Shown here: positions 17,131 to 25,903 of the stretch, piece after piece
Numbering within the stretch: the stretch's first letter is position 1
How the letters are laid out: each line of letters opens with the position of its first letter
Assembly: GCA_965219535.1 (NCBI GenBank)
Contig: CBDCNV010000002.1
Span: 2,100,001-2,132,000 of the forward strand
Source: Opitutales bacterium
GTDB taxonomy: Bacteria; Verrucomicrobiota; Verrucomicrobiia; Opitutales; PNEW01
DNA: 32,000 bases
Direction of reading: 5' to 3'
Translations under genes and position numbers: made by a program
The notes under the pieces: generated by a model
Told to the model about the DNA's origin: nothing
Database searches by the model: none
Seen by the model: only the letters and a program-made list of their open reading frames with translations

Positions 17131-18462
17131 TTATGCGATAAAGGTCACTCCACCTGATGCTTCACGGCCTACCCAGACGGATCCGGTGGGATAAGTATGT
17201 GCACCGATAAATTCGTTGTGCATTTCAAGGCCCCAACCTGGTGACGTTGGTGCGATATAAGATCCATTCTCTACACGCACCGGGTTCACGAATGCATCCT
17301 CCTGAAGAAAGTTAAGATATTCCACGAACTGAATATCGGATCGGGCAGAAACAGCGATCTGGTCCCACAGGGCGTAGTGTTGGATCATGTTACAAAGGCC
17401 GATGCCACCACCATGAGGACAAATCGGAATGCCAAATTTAGCGGCCATGAGGATAACAGCCAGCACGTCGTTTACCCCGCCCATACGCGTGGCGTCGATT
17501 TGACAAAAAGCAATACTGCCGCTCGCAAGTAATTGCTTGAAGATAACAGGTGAGGGGACCTGCTCCCCCGTGGCTATACCGATCTTGTAGGGAGCTAGTG
17601 CCTCTGCGATTTTAGCGAAACCGAGGACCTCGTCACGCGCGGTAGGTTCCTCGATCCACAGGGGATGATAGGGCGCCAATTCTATCATGTGAGCAATGGC
17701 CTGGTCCACACTCCAGACCTGATTGGCGTCCAGCATTAAGTTAGCGCTGTCACCAATCACCTTGCGAATAAAGGTGAGGCGCTCGCGATCGTGTTGCAGG
17801 TCCCCGCCCACCTTCATTTTAAAGCTGTCAAAACCTACAGCTTTTACTTCGTTGATCGTTTCGATGATCTGGTCATCGGTTAATCCCAACCAACCTGCGG
17901 TGGAGTAAGCTTTAGGACCCCGCTCATTCATGAAATCTTCGCGCGCGGGGCAACTGTCTTTGTTGGCGCGTAGAATGTCGAGCGCTTCATCCGGTGTGAG
18001 AGCGTCTTTAAGATAGCGCCAGTCTATCGATTGGACGATTTTTTCCGGTGGGAGATCGACCAGTAGTTTCCACAACGGTTTATTTTCATGCTTGGCCCAT
18101 AAATCCCACATCGCATTTACAATGCTGCCGACCGCCATGCGGTAACAACCATCTGCGAGCCAACGGAGTTGGTGATGGTCGATGAATTTTTTATGAAATG
18201 CACCCGGATCATCGATAAATTCCTCCAAGGGGGTGTCGACGACTAACTGGGCGAGATCCTTGACACCATAACAGATCCAATCGGTTCCGGCTCCGACTGT
18301 GAAATTAACGGAAACCCCGCTGATATCGGAGTTTGTACGAATAGTCGTGATCGTCGCGGAATAATTCGGTTTCCTGTGAAACGGGTCCGAACCGAGGAGG
18401 GTATCAGAAGTGGGAACGCGAAGGTCGACGACGTCGACGGCAGTGAGATTCGTTGGAGACAT
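17131..18462 (-). CDS. fucD: L-fuconate dehydratase-like enolase-superfamily enzyme (mandelate racemase subgroup)
   Basis: 443 aa. The N-terminus VVDLRVPTSDTLLGSDPFHRKPNYSA resembles FucD. Enolase-superfamily motifs are present in order: KMKVGGD, MLDANQVW, WIEEPT, ATGEQ and CPHGGG. Confidence 0.8.
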   Translation of the reverse strand: MSPTNLTAVDVVDLRVPTSDTLLGSDPFHRKPNYSATITTIRTNSDISGVSVNFTVGAGTDWICYGVKDLAQLVVDTPLEEFIDDPGAFHKKFIDHHQLRWLADGCYRMAVGSIVNAMWDLWAKHENKPLWKLLVDLPPEKIVQSIDWRYLKDALTPDEALDILRANKDSCPAREDFMNERGPKAYSTAGWLGLTDDQIIETINEVKAVGFDSFKMKVGGDLQHDRERLTFIRKVIGDSANLMLDANQVWSVDQAIAHMIELAPYHPLWIEEPTARDEVLGFAKIAEALAPYKIGIATGEQVPSPVIFKQLLASGSIAFCQIDATRMGGVNDVLAVILMAAKFGIPICPHGGGIGLCNMIQHYALWDQIAVSARSDIQFVEYLNFLQEDAFVNPVRVENGSYIAPTSPGWGLEMHNEFIGAHTYPTGSVWVGREASGGVTFIA

Positions 18463-18534
18463 GGAGGAGAATAGTCGAAAGTCTAAGGTCGAAAGTCAAA
18501 AGCGATATGTATTTGTATGCGGGTATGCGTATAT

Positions 18535-19290
18535 GCGGTGATGAAGACTAAGATAAGTATAATTGTCATTAATTCCAAAAGCTTCGTCTTCGTCTGCCTC
18601 CTCGTCTACGTCCTCTTCTGCTTTATCGCTCCGATTTTTTTGTAAACTGGTGAAATATTTATATTAGGTAACAGTTCATTGATTCGAAAATATCCATTCG
18701 GACGAAGACGACGACTAAGACGATGACGAAGATGAAAAACGAATATTATTAATAATCATTTACCCCCAAAGCTTCGTCTTCGTCTGCCTCCTCGTCAGTG
18801 TCCTCTACTGCATTATAGCTATGATTTTCTGTAAACTGGTGAAATATTTATAATAGGTAGCTGTTCATTGATTCGAAATTATCCATTGAGACGAAGACGA
18901 TGACGAAGATGAAAAACGAATATTATAAACAATCATCTACCCCTAAAGCTTCGTCTTTGTCTGCCTCCTCGTCTACGTCCTCTTCTGCTTTATCGCTCCG
19001 ATTTTTTTGTAAACTGGTGAAGTATTTATAATAGGTAACAGTTCATTGATTCGAAAATATCCATTCGGACGAAGACGAAGACCAAGACGATGACGAAGAT
19101 GAAAAACGAATATTATTAATAATCATCTACCCCCAAAGCTTCGTCTTCGTCTGCCTCCTCGTCTACGTCCTCTTCTGCTTTATCGCTCCGATATTCTGTA
19201 AACTGGTTAAATATTTATGATAGGTAACTGTTCATTGATTCGAAATTATCCATTGAGACGAAGACTAAAGCGGTGACGAAAAATCGTTAG
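18535..19290. repeat. Tandem array of four units of about 176-191 bp (plus a degenerate leading partial unit), with A-B-A'-B' higher-order structure
   Basis: GCTTCGTCTT recurs at 18581, 18772, 18948 and 19138, giving spacings of 191, 176 and 190. Units 1 and 3 are near-identical (367 bp apart). Units 2 and 4 share their 3' halves (366 bp apart). Each unit carries complementary CTTCGTCTTCGTC and GACGAAGACGA arms. Confidence 0.9.
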
Positions 19291-19302
19291 GAATATCATG
19301 TA

Positions 19303-19475
19303 TCCACTCTTGTCATTGCGAAGGAGGCGCAGCCGACTGCGGCTACCGAACGTAGCGACATCTTCCATTCCAGGGGGCTGACAATATGTGTCCGACATTC
19401 CCCTGGATCGCCACGGCTGACAAGCCGCCTTCCCCCGTCGCACGAGGCTATGGAGGACAGGCGCGATGACAAAGG
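19303..19475. repeat. Modular palindromic intergenic repeat, copy C (most complete)
   Basis: Terminal inverted repeats are CTTGTCATTGCG ... CGCGATGACAAAG. The hairpin is CCAGGGGG-20 nt-TTCCCCTGG, and the module ATCGCCACGGCTGACAAGCC is shared with copy D. Confidence 0.75.
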
Positions 19476-19497
19476 AAATCAATCCGCAATTACATCA

Positions 19498-20457
19498 TTA
19501 ACCTTTTTGATCAATTTTCACATTAGGGTAGGGATCTTTTTCACCTCTCGTTGAACTTGACCCGAGACCGAGACCCCAATCAGAAGGTTCTGATCCGGCA
19601 CGCGCTTCTGCCCAGGCTTTGAGAGGGACCGAATCCTCATCCTCCGTAAACCAGTAACGCGATACGGGGTGAGCGACCGGATCTGAGCCCAACGGATTTC
19701 CCCCATCGCCCATGGCTCCCAGTAACTGCCGTCGTATTGGAGAGCTGCGCGCGATTAAATCCGGGTCCTGATTCATGTAACCACTGGGGCGCATCCATCG
19801 TGGTGTGTAGCTAATATAGAGAGCTTTGCGGGCGCTCTTGGAAAGATTTGGCGTAACCCCGTGGAGTAGAGTGGGGCGCCATAGCATAGCACTACCGGCC
19901 GGAACGCGCAATTCATAGATGTCTTTGGGTTTTAAGCGGGACTGCCAGTTTATCCGTTGTTCCTGCGTCCACTTGAAGCTACCGGGCACGAAAAGAATCG
20001 TGCTGTGGCCCGGTTCAGAATGGTCAGATACATACCATCCGACTTTGAAATCCAAGAGGGGCATGCGACCATCCAGGGTGGTGCCGGCGAACTGACTCTC
20101 GTAATCGAAATGCCAACCCAAGGATAAAATATTGGGATCGGTATTTCTAGGTTGAGGCATCTTATAGTCAAAAATACTATCACGATTTTGAATGTTCCAA
20201 CCGATAGCATCGACTACTAAGGGTAATATTTTGGGATGGTCGAGTAAGTCCAATATGGCTTCATGATAGGCCACCGAATTACGGAGACTGATACTGTCAT
20301 CGGGACTCAGCCCACGCACTTCACGCATTTGGTCTGCGACCTCGTCCATAGCTTTATCCAGGCGATCAGTTTCAGCGGGGGAGAGTATATTTTCTAATAC
20401 CGTAAATCCATTTTCATTAAGTTCATCCCTCTGTTTGTCAGTCATTGCAAACGTCAT
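19498..20457 (-). CDS. Phytanoyl-CoA dioxygenase (PhyH) family Fe(II)/2-oxoglutarate oxygenase
   Basis: 319 aa. The N-terminus LNENGFTVLENILSPAE is typical of PhyH. It has an HxD motif (GWHFDY) and a distal His (TLLHGVTPN). It starts 11 bp downstream of the FG-GAP gene. Confidence 0.8.
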   Translation of the reverse strand: MTFAMTDKQRDELNENGFTVLENILSPAETDRLDKAMDEVADQMREVRGLSPDDSISLRNSVAYHEAILDLLDHPKILPLVVDAIGWNIQNRDSIFDYKMPQPRNTDPNILSLGWHFDYESQFAGTTLDGRMPLLDFKVGWYVSDHSEPGHSTILFVPGSFKWTQEQRINWQSRLKPKDIYELRVPAGSAMLWRPTLLHGVTPNLSKSARKALYISYTPRWMRPSGYMNQDPDLIARSSPIRRQLLGAMGDGGNPLGSDPVAHPVSRYWFTEDEDSVPLKAWAEARAGSEPSDWGLGLGSSSTRGEKDPYPNVKIDQKG

Positions 20458-20468
20458 CTCTACCCTTT

Positions 20469-23267
20469 CTAAAAATCAATCCTAACTTCTTCCAGCTTTG
20501 GGGAACCACAGCCGTAGGGGGAAACTAATGTAGCTTTATATTGTAACCAACGTGTATTTTTCGGAAGACCGCTAATGGGATCACCGGTCTCTTCATAATA
20601 AGACTTTTCTCCCTCCGGACCTATCCAGACTGCATCTGATAAACCTTCTTCGGTCTCGCTTCCTCTCAGCTGGAACTTAATTTTCAAGAGATCTGTCTCC
20701 TTGCTTTCCCAATGAATCCTTCTCGCCCTGTTTTTGCTAAGCGCGTAAGGGGGTGAAAAATAAGTTTCTTCTGGTTTACGTGTAAAGGCATTGCCGTGAT
20801 TATAGGCATACATACCATGGGGCCCCAACCCGGGAAGTCCTGTCGGCTCAGTTGTGAAAAACCCCTCCGGGCTATTCCAGTAAATATACGAATCCACCTG
20901 GTGTCCAACATCGCTCCTATGCGCGGCCCACACGATATCGATCCAGCCATCTCTATTAAGATCTATTTGCAGTACATCCGCCGAACCATGAGCAGAAAAA
21001 TTAACAGGATTTTCAAAATCGAGTTTATTGCCATCACCCCAGAATAATTGTGCAGCAGAAACGCGTGAAGTAGGCGTGCCATAAGCAGAAACTAATAGAT
21101 CGAGGTTCCCGTCATTATTTAAATCTGCCACCCCGGTATACCTGGCACTGTATCCCGCAAAATACTCCTGAACGTTCTCGCTGTTATACCCCTCTGGACC
21201 GCCAAAGAAAATGCGGATCGTGTCTTTATGACGTTGCCGGTGACCGAGGATACCTGCTATCATATCCAGCCAGCCATCACCGTTTAAATCGGCGAGATTG
21301 AGAGAAACAGAATCTCCAATTCCATGGCAGGGAACTTGCAAGGTACGACTGTCAGAAAAACCATCGGAGGTTCCCAGGTAAATTAAGATGTATTCGCGCT
21401 TATCATGTAAAAGCATATCAATATACCCATCGTTATTTACATCGCCTATAATGCTGCTGTAGCCAAAGTTTTTTAAGCGATCGATGCGCTCCTTTGAATA
21501 CCCGCTGGCTGAGCCATAGTAGATGATCGAAGATTGGGTAGGATCATCGGTCAATTTTCTCACCGGTGAAGTCACGAAAATGTCGAGATACCCATCCCTG
21601 TTGAAATCGGTAATTTCCATATTAAAATGGGTAAACCCGGTGTGAATATCGGTAAATTTATCCGGGTCTGGACCCTCGGGGGTGCTAGTGTAAATACGAA
21701 AACCACCTTCAGGGTCGTTATATTCGAGAGCTTTATCGAAGACTAAATCCGGGTAACCATCCAGATCCAGGTCAGCGACGAGCGATACATTAGAGAGATC
21801 ATTATTAAAGACCAGACGGTTATCCACGCTATACTCAGCATCGGCGTTACCCAAGTAAACGTAGGAGGGCACGGAGGATACATGACCATTCATGAAATTA
21901 TTGAAGATCACTTCCTGTTTTCCATCCCCGTCGAGGTCGCCGACGGTATTACCCACCACCCCGATAGTTGTAACCCAACTCACCCGATCAAGGGAGTACC
22001 CATCGGGTCCATTCCAAAGTATCGGAGACTTAACCTCGTAATCATTGCCATCAAATTGCTTACTGATGATCAGTTCGGGAAGCTTATCACCGTCGAGGTC
22101 AGCAGCGGTTACCCAGCGGGCGTTCTTTACTTCGATGAGCGTTTTAACTGTTTCCAAATTGTCTCCAGAGCGTATTTCCACGCCCTCAGCAGTTGCGATA
22201 ATCAGGTCTGGAATGTCATCCGCATCGACATCGGACACGTCGACACGAACGGCTTCTGTCGTGAATACGGTACTTAAACCCTTAACTTTAAAAATCATTG
22301 GATTTTCAGTTTTAAACGTGCCCTCATTATTCCAGTAAATGCGTACCTGGCCGCCGCCACAGAAAATAATGTCTTTGCTTCCGTCACTGTTCAGATCTTC
22401 CAGCACTACCTGGCGCGCTCCATAGGTGGGCAAAGTAAATGGATCTTCGGCGCTTACACCCTCCTCGGTTCCCCAGTATATTTTCGATTCGGTTTCTAAA
22501 TAGGCGCGGTCACCACTTCGATAACTGCCCAATACTATTTCTAAAAACCCATCATTGTTCAGATCGCCTGTCGCAATACCGATCACCCCTGTAGCAATGA
22601 TGCCATAGCTTTCCCCCTCATCGCTAAAGCTGCGGTCCTCTCCCTGGATATAGACGTGCATGGGACGGGGTTTCGACGGATTGTGGGCATCTACCCAGGC
22701 CGAAGGAAAAATCAAGTCGAGGCGCCCATCACGGTTAATATCCATGGCTACGACATCGTGGGCCCCAATCGTCGGAAGATCCGTTCGACTCGCTTCCATA
22801 CCGTTGGGACCACTCCAATAAATGTATGAATTCAATTCGGAGGTGACGCCGTTATGAGCGTTAACCGTCACCAAGTCGTTGTGACCATCGCCGTCGACAT
22901 CGATCACCCGGCTCATCCACCCACTGTCCGCTGACATCTCATGGCGCTTCCAGTTTTCTCCGGGGCTTTTCTCAACCGTATACGCCCAGGTGGGACCCCG
23001 CTCGACATGATCGTGCGAGTTGGCGAGGATGATATCGACATAGCCATCATGGTTAACATCGAAATGATTGATTATTTCAATCACCCCCTTGGCATTCACG
23101 TAAAGATTGCTCCCGGCATTTTCGAAACGGCCCTGTGAAAAATCTTCAAAACCACCATGCACCCAAGTCTTCCTTGCGATCAGAGAGAGTGGAGTGGCGA
23201 TGACGAAGAGTGCTAATAAAGTTTCAAGTATAGCGCGCAAATATTTTCGTTTTTTATGATTGGCCAT
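20469..23267 (-). CDS. FG-GAP/VCBS repeat protein (predicted double beta-propeller), N-terminally membrane-anchored
   Basis: 932 aa with about 13 Ca-binding-type DxNxDGxxD(I/L)(I/V) motifs. Examples are DVDGDGHNDLV, DINRDGRLDLI, DLNNDGFLEIV, DLNGDGWLDMI and DLNRDGWIDIV. The N-terminal anchor is ILETLLALFVIATPLSLI. Confidence 0.9.
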   Translation of the reverse strand: MANHKKRKYLRAILETLLALFVIATPLSLIARKTWVHGGFEDFSQGRFENAGSNLYVNAKGVIEIINHFDVNHDGYVDIILANSHDHVERGPTWAYTVEKSPGENWKRHEMSADSGWMSRVIDVDGDGHNDLVTVNAHNGVTSELNSYIYWSGPNGMEASRTDLPTIGAHDVVAMDINRDGRLDLIFPSAWVDAHNPSKPRPMHVYIQGEDRSFSDEGESYGIIATGVIGIATGDLNNDGFLEIVLGSYRSGDRAYLETESKIYWGTEEGVSAEDPFTLPTYGARQVVLEDLNSDGSKDIIFCGGGQVRIYWNNEGTFKTENPMIFKVKGLSTVFTTEAVRVDVSDVDADDIPDLIIATAEGVEIRSGDNLETVKTLIEVKNARWVTAADLDGDKLPELIISKQFDGNDYEVKSPILWNGPDGYSLDRVSWVTTIGVVGNTVGDLDGDGKQEVIFNNFMNGHVSSVPSYVYLGNADAEYSVDNRLVFNNDLSNVSLVADLDLDGYPDLVFDKALEYNDPEGGFRIYTSTPEGPDPDKFTDIHTGFTHFNMEITDFNRDGYLDIFVTSPVRKLTDDPTQSSIIYYGSASGYSKERIDRLKNFGYSSIIGDVNNDGYIDMLLHDKREYILIYLGTSDGFSDSRTLQVPCHGIGDSVSLNLADLNGDGWLDMIAGILGHRQRHKDTIRIFFGGPEGYNSENVQEYFAGYSARYTGVADLNNDGNLDLLVSAYGTPTSRVSAAQLFWGDGNKLDFENPVNFSAHGSADVLQIDLNRDGWIDIVWAAHRSDVGHQVDSYIYWNSPEGFFTTEPTGLPGLGPHGMYAYNHGNAFTRKPEETYFSPPYALSKNRARRIHWESKETDLLKIKFQLRGSETEEGLSDAVWIGPEGEKSYYEETGDPISGLPKNTRWLQYKATLVSPYGCGSPKLEEVRIDF

Positions 23268-23336
23268 AATTGATTCTATTGTCGAAATGAGGGATGTCGA
23301 GCTTCGCCCTCGGTACTATTGAAATGCCTAAAAAAG

Positions 23337-23369
23337 ATAGCCACAAAAGGCACAAGATACACAAGAAAG
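23337..23369. repeat. GCCACAAAAGGCACAAG word repeat (same family as in the 9724-10299 element)
   Basis: GATAGCCACAAAAGGCACAAGATACACAAGAAAG here compares with GGCCACAGAAGGCACAAGAGACAC (9753), GGCCACAAAAAGCACAAAAAAG (9896), and the reverse complement of 10220-10250. Confidence 0.55.
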
Positions 23370-23446
23370 AATTTCATGGAAAGGTTTTACCGGGTGATCG
23401 GAAATAAATGAGGGAGAAATCAGGGATGATCACTTTTACCATCCCA

Positions 23447-23582
23447 TTTGTCTTTGCGAAGGAGACGTAGTAGACTGCGGCTACCGAGCACAGCGACATC
23501 TTCCACTCCAGGGGACTGCCGGTCACGTTTGATATTCCCCTGGATCGCCACGGCTGCCAAGCAACCTCGCGATGACAAAGAG
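23447..23582. repeat. Modular palindromic intergenic repeat, copy D
   Basis: The ends are TTTGTCTTTGCGAAGG ... CCTCGCGATGACAAAGA. The internal sequence GCGGCTACCGAGCACAGCGACATCTTCCACTCCAGGGGA-19 nt-TTCCCCTGGATCGCCACGGCTGCCAAGC matches the other copies. Confidence 0.75.
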
Positions 23583-23622
23583 AATCAATCGAAAATCGAC
23601 AATCGGCAACCGAAAATTGAGA

Positions 23623-25830
23623 TCATTCAATCGTTACCTCATCGATCTCGACGGTTATGTCATCCCCGTCCTCGTTGGTAAAGGTGGCGTCAATACTCAG
23701 TGTGGGTTGAGGCGTATTGTCGGATTTGAAATTGTTTTGTGTAATCAGGGTTTCAAACCCGGTAGTTGTCGATCCGCTCTCCGCGACTACGATCGATGCA
23801 CCGTTTGTTTGAGCCAGGTCTCCTCCCGTGATCCGCAAGCCGGGGTTACCTGCGGCTACGGTAAATGAGCCTTCACCAAATAAGAGGAGGGGCACCGCAT
23901 CGCCACTCGCATCGATGTCGCCGACGGTCAATCTCACTGCGATCGGTACGCCGCGAGCGTCCACACCGACCTTCCCGGTACTACCGCTGAAGACAGTGTT
24001 TGATAACTGCATGCCTCCCATTCCCGTGGAGTTAACAACTTCTACGAGGGTCACGTCAGCTTGCGCGTCGTAGACTTGTCCTTCGGGGAAAAGGGCCTGG
24101 TTCACTGCGTTGATTCTCCCCACGGTGAAGATACTGAAGAAGGTATTCGCGTCGGCGCCATCGATAGCGATGCTGGGTCTGCCGGTGACATACTCTACTG
24201 CCTGGTTGTAGCGCGGTGGTGGGGCAGGGGGTAAAAAAGTGACAGGGTCCAAGTTGACGGTAAAGGTCCCATTGCCTGAAAACTCTACTTGCACAATGTC
24301 CTCATCTTCGTCCATGAACGATACCCGGGTGATCTGCCCAGGTCTGGCTTGGAGTCGGATATTATCCCCGGTGAGCAGGATCTGGTCAAAGACATTGCCA
24401 TTTGGGTGTTGAATATTTTCTCCGGCGATATCTCCAGATCCTTCAAGCACAAGGGGCACGGCTGGGGTTGATACGGTAATTACCGCGGTATCACTGTCAG
24501 TACTACTGTTGGCATTGCTTACCCGAACCCAGAAGTTAGTGCTCGCGGTAAGAGCGCCGGTGGTCAGGGTGCTGCCGGTGGCACCGGCGATAGGGGTGTC
24601 GTCGTGACCACTGATGCCGGTATACCACTGGAATGTGAGATCATTACCACTGACAGCGACCGTAAGCGTAACCTGGCTACCGGGTGGCACCTCCTGACTC
24701 ACAGGTTGAGTCGTGATGGTCGGTGGTGGTGTCGGTGGAAATCCGTCATCCGCGCCCGGTGCGCCAATGGGTGTGAAGCCGAAGTCGGAAAGTCTTGTCC
24801 GGCTGAATGCAGGATTCACATCAACTTTATCGCTTAAGGTAATTCTGGCAATGCCGCCGACGGATCCCAATTCATTCGCTACTAGTGTATACAGAAGTGC
24901 TCCGTCTCCGGGCTTAATATCGGTCAATAGATTCCCTATCGTGGTAAGCAAATTATCTTCGGTATCAAATACCTGAATCGTAGCATCACTTTGGCCCTGC
25001 GCTGTTTCTACGATCGTCGAGGCGTAAAATTGGACCCGAGCGGCCGGCGTTTCGAGGGTGATCGTCCCGGTTTCGCCATTTTGTATTAACCAGTCGTTGG
25101 CTCCAAAAAAGTTAGGGGTCGGTGGCGCGAAGCCATTTGAAAAGGTCGCGGAAAAGGGTGATGCTCCAACCATGAAATCATCGAAACCGTCCTCTTTATC
25201 AATGAATTCGTTAAAATCAGAGTAAACGGTGTTGTTTGTCGGGCCATCGATGAGGGTATAACCTACATCATCGATCGACAATTTTCCGGTAACATTTACG
25301 AACTTAATCTCTTTCATACCGTAGACGAAATTGAGATCCGTATCGTCGAAGAAATTGCCACTGAAGGCGACAAACCTTTGTAAGGGAGGATTTACCCCGG
25401 GGCTGATATTGGCCGGCAATCCATTTACAACACCATTAGGATTTGAGAGGAAGAAATCTTCACGAATATCAACAAGTTCCCGACGGTCCTCGTCGACTCT
25501 ACCCCGGATCTCAATTTTACCGCCGCCCGTCGATTCAGCGACATAGAATTCGATTTCAGCAATCCCTTTTTCGGTGAAGATTTTTCCTTCCTCGCCGGGT
25601 CTTAGGGTTAATGCTCTGCTCCCCGAATGCAGTAGACTTGCGTCCTCCAATGTTTCCACCGTAAAGCCAATAAAGCGAATATCATTGGGCGGTTCTCCCA
25701 GTGTGAAATTACCGGAACCGTCAGCAGTTTCAAAATCTAAAAAAACTTCCTGGTCTTGTGCGAGAACTGTAAATTGAATGGAAAGAAGAGTTGGAAATAT
25801 CAAAAGGGAGATGAGGGTTTTTAAATCCAT
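23623..25830 (-). CDS. Secreted hypothetical protein with a central Ig-like domain
   Basis: 735 aa with a signal peptide (LISLLIFPTLLSIQFTVLAQD). A proline linker (PPTPPPT) precedes TTQPVSQEVPPGSQVTLTVAVSGNDLTFQWY...STNFWVRVSN, which is typical of bacterial Ig (I-set-like) domains. I do not recognise the rest. Confidence 0.7.
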   Translation of the reverse strand: MDLKTLISLLIFPTLLSIQFTVLAQDQEVFLDFETADGSGNFTLGEPPNDIRFIGFTVETLEDASLLHSGSRALTLRPGEEGKIFTEKGIAEIEFYVAESTGGGKIEIRGRVDEDRRELVDIREDFFLSNPNGVVNGLPANISPGVNPPLQRFVAFSGNFFDDTDLNFVYGMKEIKFVNVTGKLSIDDVGYTLIDGPTNNTVYSDFNEFIDKEDGFDDFMVGASPFSATFSNGFAPPTPNFFGANDWLIQNGETGTITLETPAARVQFYASTIVETAQGQSDATIQVFDTEDNLLTTIGNLLTDIKPGDGALLYTLVANELGSVGGIARITLSDKVDVNPAFSRTRLSDFGFTPIGAPGADDGFPPTPPPTITTQPVSQEVPPGSQVTLTVAVSGNDLTFQWYTGISGHDDTPIAGATGSTLTTGALTASTNFWVRVSNANSSTDSDTAVITVSTPAVPLVLEGSGDIAGENIQHPNGNVFDQILLTGDNIRLQARPGQITRVSFMDEDEDIVQVEFSGNGTFTVNLDPVTFLPPAPPPRYNQAVEYVTGRPSIAIDGADANTFFSIFTVGRINAVNQALFPEGQVYDAQADVTLVEVVNSTGMGGMQLSNTVFSGSTGKVGVDARGVPIAVRLTVGDIDASGDAVPLLLFGEGSFTVAAGNPGLRITGGDLAQTNGASIVVAESGSTTTGFETLITQNNFKSDNTPQPTLSIDATFTNEDGDDITVEIDEVTIE

Positions 25831-25903
25831 TTTCCGTCCCTGATTTTAGATTATTTGAAAACTAAACAACCAGCGATCTACCCTGAATCACTAGAAGAGG
25901 GGG

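Noticed and set aside
18790-18880. Promoter call for the TATAAT hexamers inside the tandem units
   Set aside because: TTGTAA lies only 14 nt upstream of TATAAT, and no good -35 element sits at 16-18 nt. I mention the hexamers in the finding but do not annotate them as promoters.
18535-19290. Possible CRISPR array
   Set aside because: The period is about 176-191 bp, not 55-75 bp. The segments between the short complementary arms are conserved between units rather than unique spacers. No cas genes are in the window.
19246-19482. 78-aa minus-strand ORF
   Set aside because: It spans the junction between the last tandem unit and repeat copy C, so it is translated repeat sequence.
20684-22338. 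Several 80-130-aa alternative-frame ORFs inside the FG-GAP gene, with similar ones inside the symporter, leuC, ARH and 735-aa genes
   Set aside because: They are fully embedded in long, motif-supported CDSs and have no recognisable motifs of their own. This is typical shadow-ORF behaviour.
23448-23868. ORFs 23448-23681 and 23572-23868 (+)
   Set aside because: The first is a translation of repeat copy D (..FPWIATAAKQPRDDKE..). The second overlaps the 3' end of the well-supported 735-aa gene on the opposite strand.
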